A DNA stretch of 34,001 nt from Trypethelium eluteriae (taxonomy: Eukaryota), in assembly GCA_051942245.1 (NCBI GenBank), contig JAVECL010000238.1, positions 1 to 34,001 of the forward strand, written 5' to 3'. The notes under the pieces were generated by a model. That model was not told the origin of the DNA and made no database searches. It saw only the letters and a program-made list of their open reading frames with translations. The position numbers and the translations under genes are program-made. Positions 21,916 to 30,012 of the stretch are shown here, one piece after another (positions within the stretch are counted from its first letter, which is position 1; every line of letters starts with the position of its first letter).

Positions 21916-23121
21916 TTACATAAACAGCCTTCCGAAAAAGGAGCTTCCAGACTTCGTCGATGACGGCTGCGGTACGACTGCGCTTGTGCTCGTGCTTGAC
22001 AAGGAAGGAAAATTGAACGTCGACGGGCGCGCGAGATTGGTAGGGCGGAGACCACCGGTGGGGATGCGCAGTCCACCCGTTGCAACAGCTAGGAGGGTCG
22101 AGTTTGAAGTCGTGGTCGAAGTCGTGCTTTGAACGGCTGCAACGGTGATGGTCGATACGGAGGTTGCGGTCACCGTCTGAGTGAGCGTGCTGAGAAGAGT
22201 TGTCGTGGAGGTGATCGTTGCTAGCGCTGGGCAAGTCGAGGTAAGAGTGACCGTTGTTGCGGCAGAGCAGGTTGTCGTCGCGCCTATTCCCACCATGCTA
22301 ATCATTGTGGAAAGGATTGACGCGGCAGGAAGCGTTGTTGTAGTTGCACTTGTTGATGTATTTGAAGTGAACGCAAGATTTGTAGAAGCTGCGGCAGCAG
22401 TGGCAGTGAGGCTTGTTGTTGACGTAGTAAGGGCAAGTGCACTACTAATAGACGATGTCGTCGTAGAACTCGCCTGAGCTAGAGTGATTGTCGACGTACG
22501 CGTTATGCTACTGAGCAAGGTAGTGAGGAAAGTGGAGAAAGAGGTCGACCCTGCCGACGATGTAATCGCTGTTGAAGTTGGAAGAACACTAGTGACGGTA
22601 ACAGTGGTAGTCGAAGGAAATGCCATTATAGTAGAGTTTCTGTTTGCTGTGAGGGTCACAGTCTTTGTGACTGTGCCGGTCGACGTTGATGTCGTGTTTG
22701 CGTTCACCCGGATTGTGGAAGTTGTGGGAAGAACGATTGTGGTTGTCACGGTGGTGTTAACAGCCAATAAAGTTGTCGAGGTTGACGTCGTATTGATAGC
22801 CAATAATGTTGTCGAGGTCGAGGTAGTATTAACAGCCAACAGCGCTGTTGAGGTCGAAGTAGTATTGACAGCCAATAGCGCTGTCGAGGTCGACGTTGCA
22901 TTAGTGATAGAGGTGGTGTTTGTAACCGTCGTAGAGGTTGACGTTATGTTCGTGATTGACGTAGTGCTTGCAGCCGCCAGGGCAGAAGAGATAGCCGTAC
23001 TATTGCTACTTGAGATGCTACTACTGTTATTGACAGACGACAGCGCAGCATCTCGTGCCATTCCATTGGCGACAGTAGTATAAAGGCAAAGCAAAGTCGA
23101 AAGAACATGTACACAATACAT
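21916..23121 (-). CDS. Secreted Thr/Ser-rich mucin-like glycoprotein (401 aa) with internal 12-aa repeats
   Basis: ATG at 23121; signal-peptide-like MYCVHVLSTLLCLYTTVANG; very high T/S/A content; many N-x-T/S sequons. Confidence 0.8.
   Translation of the reverse strand: MYCVHVLSTLLCLYTTVANGMARDAALSSVNNSSSISSSNSTAISSALAAASTTSITNITSTSTTVTNTTSITNATSTSTALLAVNTTSTSTALLAVNTTSTSTTLLAINTTSTSTTLLAVNTTVTTTIVLPTTSTIRVNANTTSTSTGTVTKTVTLTANRNSTIMAFPSTTTVTVTSVLPTSTAITSSAGSTSFSTFLTTLLSSITRTSTITLAQASSTTTSSISSALALTTSTTSLTATAAAASTNLAFTSNTSTSATTTTLPAASILSTMISMVGIGATTTCSAATTVTLTSTCPALATITSTTTLLSTLTQTVTATSVSTITVAAVQSTTSTTTSNSTLLAVATGGLRIPTGGLRPTNLARPSTFNFPSLSSTSTSAVVPQPSSTKSGSSFFGRLFM
22751..22900 (-). repeat. 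Coding tandem repeat, 36-nt unit, about four copies (NTTSTST[A/T]LLA[V/I])
   Basis: On the + strand, units such as gtattaacagccaacagcgctgttgaggtcgaagta and gtattgacagccaatagcgctgtcgaggtcgacgtt recur every 36 nt with synonymous variation. Confidence 0.9.
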
Positions 23122-23883
23122 CTTGTCAAAGGCGCTGCGTCACGATGCTGAGTGAAAATGAAAGATTTTAGTCAGGTTCTTGGGCTCTTCTAAATAGTAA
23201 GAAATACTGTTAAGACAGTCTATCCAAAATGAGTGAAATTAGTATAGAAAAAAGAAAGACCAGCTTGCGAAAGGAAGGGCTGTTGCAAAACGAAAGGCAA
23301 ACTGTGGAGAAGATAGGAAAAATCGGGATATACTTCATATATACATGGCGATTACAGGTCTGGATCGATCACTTTGATCGAGGGTCAGAATGTACGAGGA
23401 TGGTTATTTGGCAGCTCTAAACGTATGTTGTCTGGAGAGTTGCAGGGTTCTCGCCGGAGATCTGCCAACCCGTGGCGAAGGAACGTGTGGAGAAAGCTTG
23501 GTCGATCTCCTTTTATCTCGCCCGTTCACTAGCTTTCGTCGGATCGTCTCAGAACAAGCATTCGCTGATCCTACACAGCCACACTGTGAATCACGAGCCG
23601 CCATTTCTTTGGAATTTATCCTGGGTAAAGCCAGGGTGCATGAACACCATACACGTCTCAGGTCCAAGGTACAGTTTGGAATCCAGGAAGCACAGGTACC
23701 TTATCGTACGTACTACCTGAGGACAAGCTTCGTTCCCGCCGCACGTGCCGCAAGCAAGCCCAAATTAGAGTGCGATAAGGTTCCTTCCAGGCACACGGGT
23801 GTCAGAAAAACTCGTACCTCTAAACGTAACGTAGACCCGTCTCATGTCACACATACCGGTGCTACCGCTCTTTACACTTCGAA

Positions 23884-24364
23884 ATGCTAGAACAAAAGTT
23901 CCATTGTCAAGTGGAAGCCTCAAGACTTCAGGCAAGCGTACGCTAAGTTGCAAAACAGTTCGGCATAGTGAGCTCTGCTCAAAGACAGACTGCGGAGAAC
24001 TGTGTACTGGCTAAGGGTTTGAATGACGCTGCTCAGCAGGCCTACCAGGAGTGTTGAGCTCTTCGCCGAGGTTGAAGCATATGATACTCGCGAAGAGGAA
24101 TGAGCCTTGTATGAGCACTTGGAAAGTCTTGTCAAAGACTTCGTGAAGAAGCAGGATGAACATAAACTGTTTGTTCTAGACTTCCTTGAAACGTGTCGGA
24201 GACAAAACAAGCTAAGAGTAAACCAAATTGAATCGCAGATAGAAGAAGCTAACTATTTAGGTAATAATAACATCATAATCTCTAGAATCAGGGAGATAAA
24301 AGCATTAGTACCATCACCATCCCTTACTTGGGATCAACCCCAGCCGCCAAAGCCAAGTCAATGA
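23884..24364 (+). pseudogene. Possible decayed helical / coiled-coil ORF
   Basis: ATG 23884 gives MLEQKFHCQVEASRLQASVR*VAKQFG…GLNDAAQQAYQEC. An apparent frameshift then leads into ELFAEVEAYDTREEE*ALYEHLESLVKDFVKKQDEHK…; the 3' part is TpA-rich. Confidence 0.35.
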
Positions 24365-24488
24365 TTAAGAAACCGCCAAATTCGGAACCAAGAGAGCCAA
24401 AGATTATGTCGATAAAGAATGACGAACGTTTCCTGCTAATTTCTTCTCTCTAGTTGCAAATGACAAGGCAAACTTAGGGACGCCCTGA

Positions 24489-25564
24489 TTAATCTTCACA
24501 CAGATGCTTCGTATCAATTGCAGCGATCTTGCCGTTACTGGTGAGGATTTCCCCTGATGCAGAGAAAGTAAGGCCATCTGTGGAGATGTAGAGAGTGTCA
24601 CGATCGTCATAACCACGACCAAATGCGGCGGATACAGGGCCGATCAGGTCGGTGGAGTTGGGCCCCCCAGCAATGGTCTGAACTTGCCCATTGGGAGAGA
24701 CACGGACGAGAGTATTTTGCACATTCTCCGTGAGCCAAATGTTGCCATGACCATCGACTGCAAAATCGTCAGCAGTAGGGACGTCCGAAGATATGACGGT
24801 GGCAGGCCCAGTTGGACGGCCTTCGTGGGAGATCGGCAGACTAGCGATGAGAGCTTGGTTATAGCTGGTAAAGTACAGCAGAGAGTCAACAATACGAACG
24901 CCGTTCACGCCAAATGACGGTTCGGCACCTGATATGGGTTTTAATAGAGGGTCGTCAAATACAACTTCCGAAGTGCCAGTGTGTACGTTGACTCGCCAAA
25001 TCAGACCGCGAGTGGAATCGGCGATGAGAACCGTGCCTTCATCCTTCGACAGCAAGGTCATGCCGTTTGGAAGCCCGACTGCTGGTAAGTCAGTTATCTT
25101 GCGCACCGTTGCTAGGCTCTTCTCTGAGTACTTTCGCATGTCTACTTCCCAAAATGCCGACGTGTTAGGCTGGAAATTAAAGGTATATCCATCTCCAAAG
25201 ATAGTTTGAGTATAGAAGACGTCTTCTTGTACTTCAGCTATGCCAAGGACACAACTACCATCGGGAAATTGAGCCAGGACGGGAGGCTCGAGATTTGGGT
25301 TTTGTGGATCGACAAGGTAAAATTTTCCGGCACTAAGGTCAGTTCCCAGTATCTGTCCATTCTTGCGAACTGCCTGTACCCTGTTAGATATGGGATAGTC
25401 GATGGAAGTCGCAATCAAATGCTTACCATGTTTTCCATCCAGGTGAAGTCAGGAAATTGGTGAACAGTCTGCAGGTTCGTGTTGAGTGGCCCAGGTACAA
25501 GGCTGGACGATGTTCGAGTGGGAGACAAAACAGTCATGGCGAAGACTACAGAGAAGAGGGCCAT
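24489..25564 (-). CDS. Secreted six-bladed beta-propeller, SMP-30/gluconolactonase (SGL)-like; two exons, 340 aa
   Basis: ATG 25564 with a hydrophobic N-terminus (MALFSVVFAMTVLS). Exon 25564-25427, 53-nt intron 25426-25374 (GTAAGC..CTAAC..CAG), exon 25373-24489. Splicing creates WMENM|AVRKNGQIL. Blade motifs: LPNGMT, LIADS, GVNGVRI, ADDFAVD, GPVSAAFGRG. Confidence 0.88.
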
Positions 25565-26311
25565 TGTGGTCGTTTGTTAAACGATGTGGAGAGATCTGAA
25601 GAAAAAGGACTGTACAGATCTCAAATGAGGCTCGTTTATGGTATGTTTTGAGTTTGAAGTCAACTCTCTGCACAAGCTTATCACGACCATAGTAACGGGA
25701 CTGTCTTATATACCCTTTCCAATCGCATGGTGCAGCGCGCCATAGCGAAAATAAGAGTTTCTTAGGTGTCGTGCATGTACTACTTTCCACATGTAGACAC
25801 TAACATTCAACTTCGCCTTTCGCCCGAAGTAGTAGTGTAAGATTCGATGAGGTTAGAGAAGGGAGCCTCATGTCCACACATAGGCAGATGCGGCGCATTT
25901 GCTGAATCATGTCTGGCTTCGCATTCCGACTGATTCACGCAAACAACGTTCAAGCTCGTTCTGTCATCGTGTTCAAGATGAGAGTAGTTCCCTTACCTAA
26001 CCAGAAACAGTAGTGTAAGACTCGAAAAGGGTTAGACAGAGAACGAAGTTTAAGTTGGGTGCGACTGCTGGCCGTTGCTTCGGCCCGCACAGCCCCTTCC
26101 GATCAGTTTCCACCTCACCGTTGAAATCCTCTGGACCTTTAGCTGAGATGTTGTCATAGGTAAGCAGCAGACGCAAACAAGCTCTAGATGATTCCTATTG
26201 TAAAGGGTCCAAAGTCAGCTCCCTGGTCAGGCTTAGACCCGCATGAAATGATTACAGAAGGGGTGTGCGATACTGGGGGTTTCCTCGAATACCCCCGCCA
26301 GCTACGATCTG

Positions 26312-27845
26312 ATGGACTTCCGTCCCACGACATCAACCTTCCTGTTCGTCAATAAGAACGCCTCATCTCATATCCTGACACAAAGTGAAAGCGGCGAAAA
26401 GCACCACATTCTTAGTCATGTGCAAGGACGACGGCGACAGAGGGCGGGAAGAAAATTAGAACCAGAGCCATGGAGGAGATACACCTCGTCTATTGCTGCT
26501 ATCCACAAGGACGACCTAAACTCAGAAGGGAAGATCGCCACGAAATCTTCAGTCAAAAGGCCAGCCACATGCCTTCCCCAAGTCTATCCAGAGCATAACG
26601 AATCAGACCCTTTTCATTGCACCGCCATAGGTGCTGATGCGCATAAGCAGCCTATGCTATTCCATGCATTTTTCCACTTCTCAAAGCCGGCTTTCCTAGC
26701 GGAAGCTTTCGCCCCTTCTTCCGTGCCGTGGCGAAGAGCTCAAATGAGGCATGATGGAATCATAGTGGAAAGAATGAGATGCTGCGTTCATGATGAAATG
26801 CTCATGTACGCGACACTTGCGTACAGCTCTAGCTGCATCCAATGGACCCGAGGAATAATAACAGAAGACGGCCGGCCACCTGAGTACTTCATCGACAAAG
26901 CGCTGCAAGCTGTGCGAGCTCGTCTCTCAAATCCTAACCGAGCTGTAGACACTTGGCTCTTGATATCAATCTATGCCCTGGCCGTCACGGGAATGTGGCA
27001 TGGTATTCCCCAGCTATGGGGGAAGGCCCCATCAAAGTATCGTACCGTTCTCAAGACAGCTGAAAATTATAGAGAAGCATCTCGGATCCACTTACGGGCT
27101 TTGGCCGTCCTTGTCACAGAGATTGGTGGGTGAAAATGCGTCCACCCTTATGTTCTAAAAAGCATGATCCTTGCCGATAAATTTCTAGCTATTGCCGATG
27201 CGATAAAACCAACTCTGCCTTTGGCGTGGGACCCGGGGCCTCTCGTTCTAAGTAAACAAAGTTCCTTTCAGGTCCCAACTGGTTGCCTTCTCCGGCTGGG
27301 TGAGGGTTTCACTCGAATGAAACTGCGCCATGATCTTGCCGATGTCCTTCTACACATCGTAGAATATTGTCGAACAGCACATGGGATTTGGGGCCATTGT
27401 GCTGTAACATCAGACGATGAGAGGTGGCTATATTTACGTCTGCAAGCGCTGATCTATCAACTGCTTTTGTTGCATCAGCTCCCAAAAAATTGAGAATTGC
27501 ATTCGTCTCGCTACACTCCTTTTCTTGCAGAATGTCACACAATACCAGGGATTTCAGATCTTGGCTACAATAATTCTTCGGCAGTTCGATGCCACAGTTC
27601 TTGCTACAAATGTTTCGGAGGTACCAGAAGATAGTGAAGTCTTGCTCTGGTGTTCTTGCATGGGTGGTATGGCCACGGAAAAAAGTGATGAGAAGCAACG
27701 GTGCTTCGAGAGAATCGCAAGTCTCACCAGTTCTTTGTCCTTACAAGTAAGGGAAAGTCATATTCAGGAACTGCTTGAGAAATATTTTTTCATTGCAGAG
27801 AGGCAGAAGGACCAATTGTTAGATTTAGTTCGTGGCTTTACGTGA
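26312..27845 (+). pseudogene. Disrupted fungal transcription-factor-like gene (no Zn2Cys6 cluster; ACR-2-related / Fungal_trans_2-like middle region); ~510 aa if repaired
   Basis: Three track ORFs form one gene. In-frame TGA at 27131-27133 (GGT GGG TGA, probably GGW), then the frame continues KCVHPYVLKSMILADK. A +1 frameshift in the A6 run at 27484-27489 (removing one A gives LPKIENCIRLATLLFLQN). Family-type motifs: FLFVNK…SHVQ..RR, DPF, HLRAL…GG. Confidence 0.75.
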
Positions 27846-27932
27846 TTGACATCATTTAGTGTACCAGAATGGTACGGAGTTCGGCAGCAGTCATGACGCC
27901 CATGCACTAAAGTAGCTATACACCAGGGAGTT

Positions 27933-28758
27933 ATGCATCAGTCAGCAGAAGAAGACAAGAATAAGAGCAAGGACATGACCCTTAGACAGCCATCTGTGTT
28001 TTGCACATCAGATTCCTTTCCAACCTATCGAAAACCCGTGTTGAAAATATTGCCGTCTCTTGTACAGATATATAGCGATTCCAGGTACAATTAAGCAATA
28101 CTACCAGAAGCTCTCGTTGTCGACGAATCCTAAGCTTTAGAGGAAATAGTCAGGGAATCCCCAACGAGCCCTGGATTGCTGACGAAAAACTAAGAACAGC
28201 CCTTTTCTAAGGTTCCGAATTCTAGAGCAGTAGGAATAATAAGCCTTACTTCTGTCTGTCCTTCTGTTGATAGCTATAGAAGTTATGCTTCATGCGTAGA
28301 CCTCACGCGCTACCCCTATATATGGACTGAAGACCTCTTTCAAAATATAAGATGTCAGCCCCTATCCAAAGGACCCAGACGTCATGGTGAGGGCTTCGCC
28401 ACAGGAGAGCCTTCCGAGACAACTATCATTTCATGCTTAGATGGTCGCCAGGGACTCATTCGGTATTTGATCGACTTCGTTATAATCGATAATAAGACGA
28501 TCTCCATACTAATTACTTTCGCGTGCATCCTTTTCGATCGCCTCGTGGATCTTGATAGCGCGTGCTTGGATGCCATTTCGATCATTGAATTTTTTCAAAT
28601 TGGGAGGGAAGGCTGATTTTGCTGATCTCGGTGTTATTGCTGCTTATGATTTGTTAAGCGCGAGTAAGTCGTGCTCCAGAGACATCAAAAAGCTGCTCAT
28701 TGTACTTGGCAAGTCGCCTAAGGACTATTTCTACAAGGAATTGAGTTATTGCCCGTAA
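27933..28758 (+). pseudogene. Decayed ORF with RIP-like stops; original product unknown
   Basis: From ATG 27933/27975 one frame runs ~227 codons to 28614 with only three internal stops, all TAA (28092, 28131, 28191), and many ATA codons. A probable frameshift at the T6 run (~28590) continues as KLGGKADFADLGVIAAYDLL…ELSYCP* to 28758. Confidence 0.55.
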
Positions 28759-29071
28759 ACGCCTTTATGCGTGTGCCATGGAGCTGAGAGGCCTGTAGCG
28801 CATTAAGTTTGCCGTGGAGAAAAAAAGCCTCCAAACTTGTAGCAGGACAGCGCATTCGTCATTCAAAGTACATAGCGCTGGATTCTACTTTCTCTCTCTC
28901 CTTGAGAATCCCATGATCCTCTCACCGAGTATTTTCTCTTGCATTTGACCAAATGTCTTCGGACTCCCTAGTCTAACGCAGGCTTGGACATACCGATCTT
29001 TCTGGCTTACTTCTCTCTCTTCGTTTTAAATGTGATTCTCGCCATCCTGCACAGATAGATATCCCGTAGCG

Positions 29072-29434
29072 TGCCAAGGACCGAGGACGCCCTTGGCAAG
29101 AACACGATTAACCGAGGGAGTTTTCATGAAGAAGATGAGAGTAACGGCAGTCCACTGTGCTGACCCAATGCGGTGTCACCCCACTTCCGTGTAGACGATA
29201 AAGATGGCACGGACGCACCGATTGGCCTAAAATACCTCCTCTCGGTGACGTGCCAAGCTGCGGGCTTCCATGGTCCACTTCGCCGGACGTACTACCCCAA
29301 GATCGAGATAATGCCACAAGTCAAAGGGAAGGAAAGGTGATTGGTTTGGGCATGGTAGACTTTCTTGGCGGTGGGGAAGATTAGATTTCTACCGGGCCGG
29401 GGTCAGGTCAGTGGCCGGTATGTTTTGGCCTGGC
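29072..29434. promoter_or_regulatory. Cluster of five PacC/Rim101-type GCCARG sites upstream of NHA1
   Basis: GCCAAG 29073-29078, CTTGGC 29092-29097 (these two form the inverted repeat TGCCAAGG-N11-CCTTGGCA), GCCAAG 29252-29257, CTTGGC 29364-29369, CCTGGC 29429-29434. Confidence 0.6.
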
Positions 29435-29745
29435 ATATTCGGTCATGCCGACTTCCCCCCGATTTATTTACATTGTCGTCAGCCCCAATTTTCGCCTCTC
29501 ACCTTCTTCTGCGCCTAGCCAGACTTCGACATACCGCTATCAAGAATCGCATTCGTCAGCGCGTACTTCTTTCGGCCTTGAAAAAAGACAATTGCTTGTC
29601 TGCAGTATCCTCGTTTGATTGCTTTGGCTGTTACTCCGGTCTTCGGAATTTTCGCCCGGACTCGAGGGGTCTTCTCCAGCTAAACCATCCTTCCACTATT
29701 TTGCCCCCCTCTGAATCTAGCCCTCAGCGGCATTTGGGAGCGGCG

Positions 29746-29800
29746 GTAAGTTCACTGGCTCCGCCTAACCTACTTCCATATCTGACTGGCTTCCTTACAG
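29746..29800 (+). other. Probable 5'UTR intron of NHA1 (55 nt)
   Basis: Consensus GTAAGT donor at 29746, CTGAC branch site at 29782, pyrimidine tract and CAG acceptor ending at 29800; size matches other introns in the window. Confidence 0.7.
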
Positions 29801-30012
29801 ACTGGGCGCATCCGAATCGTGTATGCATCCGAATCGCAGACCTGAAAACTTGGTGCAGGAGCGTAAAGCCGGGCCGTCCGATCAACGGCTACGGGCATTC
29901 GAAAACTTGACGATTTTACTACCTAGATGAAACAGTTGCGATTAAAATTCTGTTTCCTCTTCTGAACATTTACCAAAGAAAAGGCCCATCGGACGGGGCT
30001 ACCTAGAATAAT

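Noticed and set aside
22751..22900. 36-nt periodic repeat as a CRISPR-like array
   Set aside because: No unique spacers, variation is synonymous within a coding frame, and the context is eukaryotic.
22181..23083. Val-rich + strand ORFs (98 and 199 aa)
   Set aside because: Antisense reading of Thr/Ser codons of the mucin-like gene.
23390..23890. 166-aa + strand ORF
   Set aside because: No recognisable motif or coding-like composition; lies in the upstream region of the mucin-like gene. It cannot be fully excluded as part of the adjacent relic.
19000..29000. Intact transposon, Starship element or biosynthetic gene cluster
   Set aside because: No transposase, reverse transcriptase, tyrosine recombinase, terminal repeats or backbone synthase recognisable by eye.
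29365..29910. 181-aa ORF upstream of NHA1
   Set aside because: TTG start; it reads through a consensus intron and promoter / 5'UTR sequence, with no protein motif.
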